The notes below the pieces were generated by a model. The model ran no database searches, was not told the DNA's origin, and was given only the letters and a program-made list of their open reading frames with translations. Shown here in pieces: positions 40,176 through 54,174 of a stretch of 64,000 nt of DNA (position 1 is its first letter; the number at the start of each line of letters is the position of its first letter). Source of the stretch: Octopus sinensis (taxonomy: Eukaryota); assembly GCF_006345805.1 (NCBI RefSeq), contig NC_042998.1:38626001-38690000 (forward strand), given 5' to 3'. The position numbers and the translations under genes are program-made.

Positions 40176-41219
40176 GTGCGTGTGTGTGCGGGGATGTGCG
40201 TGTGCGTGCGGGCGATGTGCGTGCAAAACTATACAATGTTTCTTAGCTCGATATCATGTCAGCTTCTATTCTAACTTATTTATTAGATCGATCGATTGAT
40301 AGATAGATAGATATGCATCTCTTTGTAACAAAGTCTCAGCTATGCATCTCAGGGCAATATCACTCTATGGTGACAATCTCTTCAGCAGAAATGAAATGAA
40401 TATTAAACAGTACTAAAATGAGCCATCGTTATGAAAAATATTGCCGTTCCCAAAATTTCTCTTGATTTCCTTTGATAAAATGCGAAACTAGGAATATGTG
40501 CATTGTATTAGATCAAGCAATTTCGTCCGTCGTACTTCAAACAAAAGACAAACCAAATCACTTCCTACATCATTTGAAATATTGAAACTGAACTACCAAA
40601 TTAATTACAATATTAATGTTTTAACGAGCTAAAAGCAGGGTTATTGCTTAGTGCTCCAACTGTGGCCCGCACTGATTGGTAAATTTGAACTCGGTATTGG
40701 AGGCTATCGAAACAGTTGGAAATTATACATTTCCGCTGACGGCTATTACATTTAGTCATTCCAGTTTGTGCTAACCTATATACAGCTATTAAACTCTTTG
40801 CGACAGATAAAACTAATTACTCTAAATCTTCGTCGTCTACATCACACCACTTTCACCGAATTAAGAATGCTTAAAGAAAATGAAAAGCAATAATGACAGT
40901 TATACAAAGGAAAAGGGAAATTTTATGACCTACATCATCAATGGAGGATTAAATCCTTAAACGCGGCGATAAATCATGAATAAAATTGACTACGTCGCAG
41001 AATTATTGACTTAAGATAGAGAGAGAGATAGAGAGAGAAGAGAGAGAGCAGTAATGTTATTCTAGGTTCGTGCAACAATGGTCATTTATTATTCTTGCTT
41101 AGACACACACAAAAGCACAAACACACACACACGTATAAAAATGGCAAAGGTTAATTACTGTACATATATATAGAGAGAGAGATAGGTGTGCGTGTGTGTG
41201 TGCAATGTATGTATACACG

Positions 41220-41281
<62 letters not shown>

Positions 41282-41289
41282 TACGTGTA

Positions 41290-41346
<57 letters not shown>

Positions 41347-41499
41347 GTATTATTATTATTGCTTTTGCACAGCTTCTAACGCTAGAGATGTACAACGGTG
41401 TCAGCTGTTCACTACCAGTGAACTAAGGTAACACCTCTTATTTTTCGAGCACCTTCCGGAGTATTCGAGCGGTTACCACATTCAGGAGTTATTATTATT

Positions 41500-41760
41500 A
41501 TTGAGTGAGAGGGTAGTGCATGCCATCAAAGTGACACTGGGGTAAAATATACGAAGCCAGTATGCCCATCATGACTACCCGTCTGATAAGGGTACACTAA
41601 GCACATGCATCACAACCATATGTTCGGACATGGTGATCTCATGTTATAATTTTCTTCAGGTCGAGTAGCCCATCCCGCTCAAAAGCCCCTGAATAAGGGT
41701 TGTTTAAGGATGCTGAACGAAACACCCATGTTTTCAGAAGCGAATTATCTAAATCCTACA
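41500..41760 (-). mobile_element. Dispersed repeat (LINE 3' UTR-like), inverted copy at 44030-44330
   Basis: Reverse-complement similarity between the two copies. Both abut (TAA/TTA)n. Confidence 0.6.
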
Positions 41761-41792
41761 GAATTATGTGTGTGTATATATATATATATATA

Positions 41793-42024
41793 GTTGTGTC
41801 TCGGGAGATTAATTCTCTTTTAGTGCCTTATAATTTAACACACTAAAAAACTATTGAAAATGTTGCAAGAAGCTACAAAAATTTTAGAAAAATAAAGAAG
41901 AAAATTTTACCGGTGAGTTTGTTAAATTATAAGGCCCTAAAATTGAATGACTCTCCCCAGACACAACAGAATATGCTTCAACACACGAACTCACATAAAG
42001 AATCTTGCAAACCAAATCCCAAAA
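41793..42024. mobile_element. Foldback element with an asymmetric tail (family shared with 61791)
   Basis: gttgtgtc..tagtgccttataatttaac pairs with gttaaattataaggccctaa..gacacaac, followed by a shared tail atatgcttcaacacacgaactc. Confidence 0.7.
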
Positions 42025-42139
42025 CGATATGCAATACTATATTAAAACGGTTATATTGCCAATCTTCAGGTCTATGTTATGTGAACTTATTTTGCTATTT
42101 ACATCGTATACTAAGACAAACTAAAATTATATAACTAGA

Positions 42140-42480
42140 AGTTGCTGGAATAATTTTACTTTAGTAAATAATGAACAGAAATGTAGAATAAAAGTAAGAA
42201 AAAGAAATATTAGTGAAAAGAAATGTTAACTTATCTGTATGGTAATTTTCTCTCCATGAATTAAACATGGCTACCATCAATTGTATAATCGAACATTGAG
42301 AGTTACTTTGTAGGGGAGATAATTTTTATTAACATTTAAAAGTTGTTCAAAGGTATTTTCTATTATTTATAATAATAATAAATCAGGAGAAGCCAAAAGT
42401 GAGTGTATGATGGGAATAGTCTAATTTTTTTTCTGGTTAATTTAATTTATTTTTATGTTAAATTTGATAAATAATAAATT
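42140..42480 (-). pseudogene. atp6: Possible decayed mitochondrial atp6 insertion (NUMT)
   Basis: Ordered fragments in mitochondrial code, (G)LFP, TLTFGFSWF, VTLNVRL and MVA.HV, in very AT-rich sequence. Spacing requires deletions. Confidence 0.3.
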
Positions 42481-42853
42481 TCTAGGTCGGTAAATAGGTA
42501 ATGTAAATTACTCAACATATAATTTTGAAATACTTTAAACTACTTTGAACTAAGTAAAAGACAGTAAAATTAGTAAAAATCTAATTTTTTATTATTTTTA
42601 TAATTATAATACGATTAATATATATTCATTATACTATTATTCTTAAACTTGAGTTTCTAAATTAAGTTTAAAAGTTTAGAATAATACCATCTAATATTAT
42701 ACTATGGATTTTTATTAAGTAACTAAAATATCTGAAATTAGAAGTTAATTAAATATTATCTTATATTATGTATATAATACAGTGAGTAATTCATTTTAGT
42801 ACCACTAAATTGAGCTTCTCTCCTCTGTGGAATCAGAAATAACTGTCCTAAGA

Positions 42854-42887
<34 letters not shown>

Positions 42888-43849
42888 TATCAAATCTCAG
42901 AGTGCGTGTAAGTTGTAAGCGGGTAGTATTCAGTCAGTCACTAGTTAATATAACTATTATAACTACTGACAAGTCTTAATTGTTTGCAGCGAGAAGTTTA
43001 CATGAAAGGTTTAGAGGGGAATGTGTATGACAGAAACGTTCTTCATTTACAATTCTGGCAACATTTCCACAGTGAAGATCGGGTGAAGAATTGTAACAGA
43101 TTTATTTTGACAATTTAAGATGGTTTAATAACTACTCAAATCTGGGGAAATATTTTCTGCAAGTTGAAAAATCTTCTCTTCCTTCGTCTCACCGCTCTCC
43201 TCTCTTTCACTTTCTCTCTCTTTCTCCCTCTCTCTCTCTCTCTCTCTCTCCTTTTAGTCTCCTTCTCTCTCACAAATGTACTCACGCAATCATGCAATTA
43301 GCGATTTGCATTCTTGCGAGAAAGGGAACTAAAATCTGAAATTTTAGTATTCATTTGGTTATTACTGTGCCAGAGAAAATAACTTAATATTTGTTTCGGT
43401 ACAAGGGCCACATTAACCTTTGTATTAATGGAAATAGTAAGTGGGTTGTCCAGATATAAATCCAAAGAAATTGAATTGCTTCAACAAACTAATAGACATT
43501 AAAGGTGGGCAGTAAGTGGACATGGAGACATTGATATACTTTCAAAGAGCATCATTAAAGTAGATGAAGGAAGCTGACATCTGTCAATGGCTGCCATACA
43601 CATTACGTCATATATTATTAAAGTATCTGTGCTTTCTTTAGTCGCAATGTTCATAAATAAATGGTATTAGTCGATTGAAGTCACCAAGTTTAGCGTTGAT
43701 CTTTTATGTTATAGATTCTGGTTAAAAAAGACAAAGAAATAATAAGAAGCTCAACCCGACATGTGATTACAATGTCTGAAGGAAAATTGCCGTCCGGCAG
43801 GAGATCCATGGATGGATGTAGAATTAGATAGTTGGATAATACACATCGT

Positions 43850-44335
43850 CACAGTTGGCTGCACTTGGGAATCCGGCGGAAACGTATAATAAGCGTTGTT
43901 TCTGATTGGATCTTATGGAGGAGGTACCTCAGGTCTCTAACCCCACAACTCTCCCAATGTCTCTTGGTGGCTGACGATATGTGTATCTCTGATGAGGGAG
44001 CATCATAGCTATGTGTTGAGAGGAACTCTTTGTAGTTTGAATAATTCACCTCTGGAAACATGAGTGTTTTGTTCAACATCCTTAAAGAACCCTCATTCAA
44101 GGGCCTTTTGAGGGGGATGTGCTACTTGACCTAAAGAAAATTCTAACTGGGCCTCCCTTGCAAAGCCATACGCTGTTAATCTTGATGTGAGATCACCATG
44201 TCGGGTACATATGGTTGTATGCATGTACCTGGTGTACTCTTATCAGACGAGTAATCACGGTGGGTATATTGGGCTTCATATATTTGAACTCAAGTGTCAC
44301 TTTGATGGCATGAACTCCTCTCTCGCTCAATGATG
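43850..44335 (+). mobile_element. LINE 3' end fragment ending in (TAA)n
   Basis: Homologous to 41500-41760, followed by (GAT)(TAA)n. Confidence 0.55.
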
Positions 44336-44338
44336 ATG

Positions 44339-44383
<45 letters not shown>

Positions 44384-45339
44384 TTTATGAAAGTCCTGAA
44401 ATTTTGGTGCGGGGGCGTCTAGCTAACGATTATGCCAGCTCGCCGAAGTATGCCATTGAAGCAAGGAAACCAGACCTAATTATAGAAGCAAAAAAAATAA
44501 CAACGCAAAATAATTGAGAAAATTTCGAAATATGAAAACATAACTAGTAAGAGAGAAGTATTGTGGAAAGCAAAGGTTATAATTGTTCCTGTGCACTTGC
44601 CACAAACAAACTGATGAATACTGGAAGTGAGACACATTGTCAACTTGCAGAGAAGTAATATCCTATAATTTGAAAGAATCCTATGAAAGATGTTGGGAAT
44701 TGAAGAGAGATTTTGTCACCCAACCTCAGAATAATAGCTCTGTTTAATAATGTAGCGTATAATGCTTTCATAATAAATTTTTGCTTTGTAATTAGCCTCA
44801 AGTTATCGATAAAAAGATCGACGATGGTACAAAGAAATACAACGTGAGATTAAAGAGAGAATGTGCAAACAAGGGAAATAACAACATTTTAAAAATTCAG
44901 AAAGAAAAACTTCCCCAAATGTGGGAGACCTTTCTGGGGTTTCATCGTGGAAACACGACTAATAAAACAACAGTCACCTTGATCAATAAGCGGACATTCT
45001 CCCAATCGTCCATCTCCAGTGCACAGGTGCATGCTCAAATCAGGCCATGACCACCACTTTTGTCCACCCTTGAATGAAATAGCTGAGAAGCAACATTTTC
45101 CTGTACACACTTATTTTACTTCTTAAATGAAATTTGAAAAGGTTGACGAAGCCTGAATGAAAAAGGAACGTGTTGAACTTTAACCTACAAAGTCACAGTG
45201 GAATATCCACCATTTACAGAGTTCGGCTGGCAGAGGTCTCAAAGAGACGAGTTACGCAAAAGAGCCTCTGACAAATGGTAACAACTTCTGCTCACGAGAG
45301 ATGCAAGTTATGGGGCAAGAGGAAAGTACAGGTGACATG

Positions 45340-45575
45340 GTGGTAATTGGAGCATTAGCAGCAGTTTCCAAGGGCTTTGAGAAACATTAAGAATATTGGA
45401 TCTGTTGTCAGGCTCGAAGTGATCCAGAAGACAGCATTGTTGGGTACAGCTCGCATTCTAAGGAGAATATTGTCTCTTTTTGAGTCTGAAGAGAAGGCAC
45501 TACTTGAAACTTTTGATGATTTGTTATTGCCTTCTTCCAAGTAAAGGATAACCGGTAATTAAGAACTGTCTGAGA
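45340..45575 (+). mobile_element. RLE-LINE 3' end fragment
   Basis: Encodes VVIGALAAV...IQKTALLGTARILRRIL, the typical R4/Dong C-terminus. Confidence 0.7.
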
Positions 45576-45649
45576 GTCTTTCAGAATAACACCACCACCA
45601 ACAAAAGCAACAACGGCGACGATGATGATGATGATGATGATGATAGTAA

Positions 45650-46640
45650 AAAGATTGAAATAATGAAGGATGAAATACATTGAATGAACTAATCTGTGAA
45701 AACAAAGTAAAAACCAGAAGAGGGAGGAAGATGAAGAGAAAACTTAGATTCTCACCAAGAGATGAACTGCTTTCCGCAAAACAAACACTGCAACAAAAAA
45801 CTCCAAGCAAAATATCAAAGACTACGAAGATTTGAGAAGAGAAACAAATTTTACAAGCAAAATAAGCTATTCATATCCAATGCGAAAACAGTTTACAGAA
45901 AAATAGGGAAGGTGAGAATAACCTTTGAATGCCCCACTGCCATGGAAGAAGTTGAAAACTTCTGGAAAAATATCTGGAGTAAAGAAAATACTTACAATGA
46001 AAAATGTAGCCTGGATTAGGCACACTGAAGGATCCTACTAAAACTTACCAGAACAAGCATGGGAAGACATCACAACAGCAGACCTAAAAATGACACTCAG
46101 GAAGGCTCATCAGTGGAAATCTGGTAAAGATAAGGCGCCAAAATACTGGCTCGCCTTTCTCCCGTGTGCACGCTAAAAGTTAGTCCAGTTTTTCAATGAA
46201 ATTATGAGAGATCCTACGAAAACACCTGATTGATTAGCAAGAGGTAGTACTCACCTACTCCCGAAGAATAACAAAACTATCGGTCCATAATATGTCTATC
46301 TACCACGTATAAGATTTTAACGTCCATCCTAGTGGAGAAAACATACAAATTTATGGAACAGAACAGAACGATATTTTCCCCACTGAACAAAATGGATGCT
46401 GACGAGGCTCATATGGATGCAAAGACCAACTCTTAATCAATCGCATGGTCCTTGAGAACTGTCATAACAAACGCAGAAATCTCAGCTCTGCATGGATTGA
46501 TTATAAAAAGACATTCGACAACATACCACATTCATGGATCTTGAAATCACTGGATATCTTCAAAATTTCTCCTGTGATTTCAAACTTCTGAAGCACAATA
46601 TGTTAATGTGGAATATGATATTGTATACTGTGCGACGTCA
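45650..46640 (+). mobile_element. R4/Dong-like LINE fragment (pre-RT and RT N-terminal part)
   Basis: RLRRFEKRNKFYKQNKLF, VENFWKNIWS, NYR.I.CLST.YKILTSI, GCKDQLLIN and AWIDYKKTFDNIPHSW. Ends in (TAA)n. Confidence 0.85.
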
Positions 46641-46919
46641 ATAATAATAATAATAATGATAATAATAATCTTTTTATTATCTCAAATTAAGGCTGTCCCA
46701 GCTGCGCGCTTATAAAAGCATGTGAGTGGTGTACACAAATTACTGCCCCCCCCCAAAAAAAAACAACTCCTGGATTGAGGTGAATGATGTTATCTAATAC
46801 ATGTAATGGGAGAAGTCAAAATAAGTAAAAAAAAAAAATACCCCGGTTTTTACACGGAATAAAATACAAGATGATAAAGTTGGTCTTTGTCCGATTCCGT
46901 GTTTGTATCTATCGCTTAT

Positions 46920-47130
46920 GTTTTACTTCTTTTAAGCATTAGACTGTGGCCATGCTGTGGCAGTGCCTAGAAGAATCTTGAGACGAATGAATCTACTCCA
47001 GTATTTATTATGTTTATGCCTAGTACTTATTCTATCGGTTTCCTTTGCCAAACCGCTAAGTTATGAGGACGTAAACACAGCAGCACAGTATCAAGAGATG
47101 GTGGAGGACAAGCACAGACACACACACACA
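46920..47130 (-). mobile_element. SINE family A 3' half
   Basis: gactgtggccatgctg and cctagtacttattctatcggt are reverse complements of family A. Confidence 0.75.
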
Positions 47131-47879
47131 CATTTGAATTTTTCCTTTTCTTCTTTCCGACGAAGAGCGATGTTCGAAACGTCACATTCTCACTTTTCAC
47201 TGAGCGTCAAGCTAATACATTCCCTTGTCCATATCCTCTTGTTGTCCGTTACTTTTATTATTCGCGCGCGCGCGTCTGTGTGCGTGTGTGCATATGTGTG
47301 TGTGTTTCTTCAACTGATGTTGTCTTAGGGATTCTTGCCGTTGTTCTTCCCTCCGTTGCTGGTTGTAGTTCTACTTCTTTTGAGTTTAGCTTCTTTGTGT
47401 TATTTCGATGTTACTGTTGTTTTTTTTCCTGATGCTGTTGTTGGCTCTGCTTTTGTTGTTACAACCGCTTCTGTAGCGGTTCCTGCTGTTTTATCACGGT
47501 TGTGGTTGCATTTCACTGTCGGTGTTATTAATGCCTTTTGAGATGTCGTCTGTAGTAGACACTTTTAGATTTTTTTTCAGTTTTTGCTGGGGAACAAAAC
47601 TATCAGTTAATTTGAAGCGCAATATTTTTGGCATCTTAGTCTTCCGTTCCCTTCAGTCATAAAGAAATGGCGCCTTCTGGCAATAAGTCAATAAGATCGG
47701 GGATGGCACCGAAGTTTTCCTCATTCGCTTCACTAGTTTTTTGGAATTCATTGGTTCTATCTTTGCTGTTAGGACTGATGCTGTTGTTGCTGTTTTCGGC
47801 ACTTACGCAGTTTACAGCCGCTACAAGACTTGCGTGGCTGTTTTATTATTATTGTTATTATTATTATTATTATTATCAT

Positions 47880-48502
47880 TCAGTAGTTATATTTTTATAG
47901 CGTGCTTTCACTTCACTACCGAGCGCAGCTCTGTGTGCCTTGGGTATGTGCTGTGATTTGTTGTGATGCTCTGATGGTTATTGTATGGAAAGTGTTCTGT
48001 GTAGGATGTGTGCAGTGCCTAGTAGTGCAATTTTCTGTATGTTATATGTGTTTGTAAGTCCTGGCGTTTTTGTTATGTATTTGTCTGAATATTTTTTTAT
48101 CATGCCTAATGCACCTACTATGATAGGAATTGTTTCTCTTTTTAGATTCCACATTCTGGTTACCTCTATTTCCAGGTCTTCGTATTTTGAAAGTTTCTCC
48201 ATTTCTTTTAGAGACACGTTGTCATCAGCCGGTATTGATCCATCAATTAGAAAGCATTTTTTTTCTTCATGATCTCTGACAACTATATCTGGTCTGTTGG
48301 CCTTAATTTCTCTATCTGTGTGTATCGGCATATCCCAGAGTATGGTTGCTTTCTCGTTTTCTGTGACATTTTCTGGTGTGTGCCTATACCATCTTTTTTC
48401 TGTTGTTAGTCCATAATGTTGGTATAGCTTCCAGTGTATGTAGGTTCCAACTCTGTCATGTCTGTGAATATATTCCTTCTTAGCTAGGACTGGGCAGCCA
48501 GT
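47880..48502 (-). mobile_element. R4/Dong-like LINE 3' end with restriction-like endonuclease
   Basis: RPDIVV..CFLIDGSIP..EKLSKYEDL..PIIVGALG..IQKIALLGTAHIL (PD-(D/E)xK). (ATT)n on both sides. A tiny 3'-end copy lies at 48765-48815. Confidence 0.9.
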
Positions 48503-48549
48503 ATTATTATTATTATTATTATTTATTATTATTATTATTATTATTCGTT

Positions 48550-48720
48550 AATACGCATTTCGGTCGTCTTCAAGTTCTGAGTTCAAATTCCGCCGAGGTC
48601 GTCTTTGCCTTTCATCCTTTCGGGGTCGATAAAATAAACACCAGTTGAACACTGGGGTCGATGTCATCGAGTCATCCCCTCCACCAAAATTACTTTGCTT
48701 GTAGCAAAATTTGAAACCAC
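48550..48720 (+). mobile_element. SINE family B, 5'-truncated
   Basis: gagttcaaattccgccgaggtcg core. Confidence 0.8.
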
Positions 48721-48766
<46 letters not shown>

Positions 48767-48840
48767 TTCATCACGTGCTTTCACTGCACTACCGAGTGCC
48801 GCTTTGTGTGCCTTATTCTTCTTCTCTTCTTCTTCTTCTT

Positions 48841-48871
<31 letters not shown>

Positions 48872-50859
48872 TTATTATTATATTATTATTATTATTATTA
48901 TTATATTATTATTATTATTATTATTATCGCCATCATTATTTCTTGTCTTGCAACTGCCTGTGCTTGTTTGTGTATGAAGGAGACGGTGATTGCCTCAGAG
49001 TAAAAGATTGGTCGCTCATAAGCGAGTTGTTGTTGGTGGTGGAGTAGCTGCTGCTGCTGCTGTTGTTCAGAGCGGATTTGCTCATGATGTCGTTGTTTGA
49101 TGTTTTGATGTTGTTCGGCTCGGTTTTAATATTGTTACTGCTACTATCCCCAATAGACAGCCATCTAAAAAGACCATTTCCATTGAAAAGGAGGTATTGA
49201 GTGAAAGGCACTACTTTAAAACTTCCTTGCTGATTGGCTTTCAAAATTAACGCCATGTTTATTGTTCTGAAAAAAGTTATGAAATATCAATTTTTTCCAA
49301 AGCAATTTTAGTCCCAGAGCGACAAGAAATAAAGGAACCAACTAATTCTCTTGGGTCCCTTCTAGAAAATGCACCAAGGAAATTGATATTAATATGCCTC
49401 TAACAAGACAAAAAGGGAAAAGAAAAGCAACAAGCTTACACACTATTCTTGAGTATGAATTTGTAAATAAGATCCAAATAGTAATAATAATGATGATGAT
49501 AATAATAATAATAATAATGATGATGATGATGATAAACATAAACACTATCAATTCAGTAAAACAATCTAAACAAAACAACCTTCAAACACAAGACACGCTC
49601 TATTATGCAATTACCCAGTGAAATAAACTTCCACCAGCAACCTAGAAAACAAACGGATTACACACTCAAACACGCAATACAAGCAGTAATACAAAAAAAA
49701 GACCGCACCACACCCTAAAAGAAAGAAAAATTTTAACAATACGGGGAAGAGTTTGCGCACTTCCAACAACAGAAAAGAACACACAATGCTGCACACACCC
49801 CTGCTACACGGAGGTGCAGCTGGTGGTGCAGTAGAAGTTTGCCTCAAACTACTAAATGTTGAACAATTATATAATGATGATGATTATGATGATAAATGCC
49901 CTGATGCAGTACCAGGCAGTAGCTCTCATGACTTCTGATCTTTACCGATTGGAAGTGTTATCATGTACATTGTTTTGCCTTGGTATAAAAGATGGGCTAC
50001 AGCAAATATCCTGCTCAATATCACAATGATTCGTTTTTGTCCATGACATGAAATGGTAAATAAACTCATTCTGTTATCAACTGCAAGGGAGACCCCAATC
50101 GGCGGATGTTTAAAATATAGAAGCAGTTTTGGCAAAAACTGTTTCATTGTAAAGAGCGATTATAGCGGCCACAGCAACAGCAGTGTCGGCACAAACAGCA
50201 GCTGTAGGTACCACCCGTTATGGCGTGGGTTGATGTTAATAATAATAATGATAATAATAATAATAATGACAACATTGATGATGATGGTGGTGGTGGTGGT
50301 GATTATGACGGTGACGACAAATTATCTTTCATCATCATCATAACTCTCGCAAACAAATGAAATGATTCCTGTTTATAATTTAGAAGCCGGTGAAATCTTC
50401 CTGTTAAATATAGGAATTACTATTTCCCACATTTTCTATTCCCTGTTCACAAATGCAAATGGCCTGTAGCCAAGTAGAAGAATATCTCCAAATTTTATTC
50501 AACGGAATGTTTCTGTTTAAATACCTCCAACATAGAACAGCGTTCAGACAAAAGAGATGTCTATATTCTCAAATTCTTTCAGAAATTACTATCACACTTA
50601 TTTCATATTCAGTACATGCTAAGCAATACAAATAATTTTCTATAATTATTTAGAAGTAAGAATGCCAAGACATACATAAAAATGATATCTTTATAGAGTG
50701 TTAAAATTTCTTTTTTATATCATGCGTACCAAGAAGTAAAGTCTTATGAAGTCCAGATGAAGTTATCTCTCTTCGAAGAAAAGTGTAGAATTCAGAGAGA
50801 TATATAAACGAGCCCTCCCCCTTTATCTCTTCCCAAATATTTAAAGTATTTATGACTAA

Positions 50860-51094
50860 TCGACATAAACCAATACCTTTTTCTTTACTACCCACAAGGG
50901 GCTAAACACAGAGAGGTCAAACAAGGACAGACGTAACTAGTACTTATTTAATCGACCCCGAAAGGATGAAAGGCAAAGTCGACCTCGGCGGAATTTGAAC
51001 TCAGAACGTAACGGCAGGCGAAATACGGCTACGCATTTCGCCCGGCGTGCTAACGATTCTGCCAGCTCGCCGCCTTCGACGTAAACCAATACCT
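50860..51094 (-). mobile_element. Tx1-tailed SINE B with a 19-bp TSD (1 mismatch)
   Basis: tcgacataaaccaatacct (50860-50878) and tcgacgtaaaccaatacct (51076-51094). Confidence 0.88.
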
Positions 51095-51139
51095 ACTTTG
51101 TAACGTGGGTTGCTTCAACAGAACTACATAGATCAGACG

Positions 51140-51340
51140 TGAAGGCACTTGGCTCAGTGGCTGCCGTATTCGGCTCACAATCGTAGGGTCATGAGTTCGA
51201 TTCTCGGCTATGCGTTGTCTTTGAAAAGTTATTTCACGTTGCTCCATTCTACTCAGCTGGTAAAAGTGGGTTGTACCTGTAATTCCAAGGGGAATGCCTT
51301 GTCATATTCTGTGTCACGCTGAATCTCCCTGAGAACTCGA
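51140..51340 (+). mobile_element. SINE family C
   Basis: Box A tggctcagtgg, box B gagttcgattc. Matches the reverse complement of 5540-5727. Confidence 0.65.
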
Positions 51341-53443
51341 CCAGCCGGCTACACTGCAATGCTGCTAATTAGGATTTTCTTGCATACACGGAAAGTAAAA
51401 ATTATTGTAAGTTGAGCATGGTATAACTATTGTTTGTAAACTACTGTCTATAAAAACTGTTGTTGTAAGTCGCACCATGACTGGTGCTACTACTGTTTAT
51501 ATAATCACACGTGATAATTAGACTCATTAATTAGAATATAATGTAAAATGTGTGCCGTTGAATGAGTAACTCGATAAGAACATAGTCTGCTTATTGAAGA
51601 GTGAAGAGCATTTATGGCACACTCCAGTATAAGCACAGTACTTATAATGTTATCGAAATAGCTAGCGATTGGCAACATATTCAAATATACTCCATTTTGC
51701 TCGTGATATTTTGAGACTAGGAACAATTCTAATAAACATCAGCAGAACCATTCTAACACTGTTCTACAATCATATTTGACGTGTTTTGTTAACAAGCATT
51801 GCTGGGAATGTGTATAATTCTACTACCTGGAGAATTTTAACTGAAGACAGACAGACGGACACTCCCTTGGGTTCTAACATCTACTTTGTTTAGCAATACT
51901 GATAAATAACCCATGATATTTGCATACAATTCTTCAGACCGGTCGAGTAGAAATAAAAGCAGATACGAATTGTGTGTTGAGGGAAAATAATAATTTAAAG
52001 TGACCCTTGTCCAGAGCGTTTTCCGATCAAATTGTTACCAAAGGCATGAGATGTTTTAGGTAGTAGTAAATATTTGATCGACTTAGTTCATGGATTACAA
52101 CGACCTACATCAAAATATATGCCAATGCATCCTGAGCGACTTATGAACGGTCTAAAGTGGTGTCAATCGCAGTCGACATCTACTTCAGAGAAACAATAAA
52201 TTATGGAGAGGCGACTGTTACCACTTTCATTAAAATATCTGCAACGATGACACTGGTGATACAAGGGCAAAGAAAAGACAATAAAAGTGAAGTAACAATA
52301 CAAGCAATTTCTATTATCATGTTGAATCGGTAGCTTTTTTTTTTTGTTTTGTTTCAATTTGGAGAACTGCAAAATATTATCATGAGAGTAATTGTATTGT
52401 AACGAATAAAATATTTGACTGAAGTGAGACTACTATTAATTTGTTGACAAAATATTTGTTAGATTGCTAAAAATTTCCTGTTGTTGTTATTCTTACCACC
52501 AACAGGCATCTGACGTATAAATAGAAACGACAATTTGGCAAGGAAAAAGATAGCAATCATGATGGGTACAGTTACTATATGAGGCATTAACTTTTGTTTT
52601 TCTTTCCTTTGTTTTACAATGACATATTGATGTCGACTGAGAACTTCATTTGGAATTATATGAGAATCTCTGGCCTTTCTGACTTCACTGATTCACCATG
52701 GTTTATTATGTTACCTGAAGATTTTATATTATTTAAACAAACCTTGATTAATCCATCTTGCATATCAGATCATTGCTATGTTGCTGAAAGTCAAATGTAG
52801 CACCGGTCGGAGATGACAGAATAAATAATTGAAATCCTGTTCTGTCTCCATTATCATGTTTCAGACATTATCTTTAATAAAAGATTGGGAAAGAAATGGT
52901 CTTATCAGAAACGGAACAGCACAAAGGCTCGATTCGGACGAAAAGGAAAATGTGAGTAATGCAGTGAAGAGTGTGTCAAGGCTTCATACTTAACAAAGCT
53001 ACAATGGTTATTTATTAACGCAGCTAATATCAGGTTCAAGGTGACCTAACTACTCGTCACCTTGACCAAAAAATTTAATGTATCATTCTCGAGCGCTAAC
53101 ATCAAATGAATGAAAAGTGGAATAAAACAAAATAACGAACAGCATCTTTCTTTCACACACACGCACACCCTCCACCTTGCAATATCTCCCTTTGTCACTC
53201 GACTTTTCTCTCGTCTCACTTACATAGGTAGGCACAATTACGCACACGAAGAACCTGTTATATCGAACATTAGCTATCAGCTGAAGCTGTTATCTCACTT
53301 ACATTGCAACCACCTTCAAAGATAGCAGAAACTTATTTAACCTCAACAGAATGTAAGAATCTTAGATGCTTTCAAGGTATTTCTATAAGCATAGACAGAA
53401 TGTTACCAATATATTCTGAGGAAATATTCTGAAAACTAATGCG

Positions 53444-53493
<50 letters not shown>

Positions 53494-54056
53494 CCTCTCT
53501 CTCTCCGTCCCTATCTGATCTTCCCTCTCTCCCTCTCACTCACTCTCTTTCTTTCTCCTTTACGCTCCTTCTCACACACAAGTAAACATGCTTATTATCT
53601 TTCGTAGCTGAAAGCGTCTATAAACGACGGAAATATGTCAGCCACTTCATAACTCTCTTTCTCTCTCTCACGCGCGCGCACACATATATCGACAAAAAGT
53701 GTAGGGTGAACATGTCTTGGATAGTAGATTGTCTCACGGACTCCTTCAGAGGAAAGTTGGCAGGAGGGAAATTAAGGGGAGCAAGCTCACTCTTTAATTT
53801 CTCTCCGGTCAACTTTCACACAAAAATGCTTGTCCGAAACGTAAGATCTTTCATCGCCTCCCACAAATGCACTCAATTCTTTTTATATACTCTACTAAAT
53901 AATACAAGCCTAGTTCCCACACACCAACACCATCCTGTATGTATGCATGTCTTTGCCTTTATGTAGGTAAGAATATGTATGTATGTATATATATCTACGT
54001 ATGTGTGCGGGGTGAGATGGAGAGAGAATGTGTATGTGTGTATGTATGTATGGATG

Positions 54057-54110
<54 letters not shown>

Positions 54111-54174
54111 ATGAAAAAACAGATTTGTTTTACAGGATTTAAGAGTATATTAGAATCATGACAAAGATATTATA

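Noticed and set aside
40655-40720. Type III hammerhead-like layout (tccaactgt...ctgattgg...gaaacagttgga)
   Set aside because: The core reads CUGAUUG, the triplet would be GUG and stem I is missing. ctgattgg is equally a CCAAT box.
45482-45520. ctgaaga...gaaac motif
   Set aside because: No NUH or stem III closure, and it lies in a LINE 3' end.
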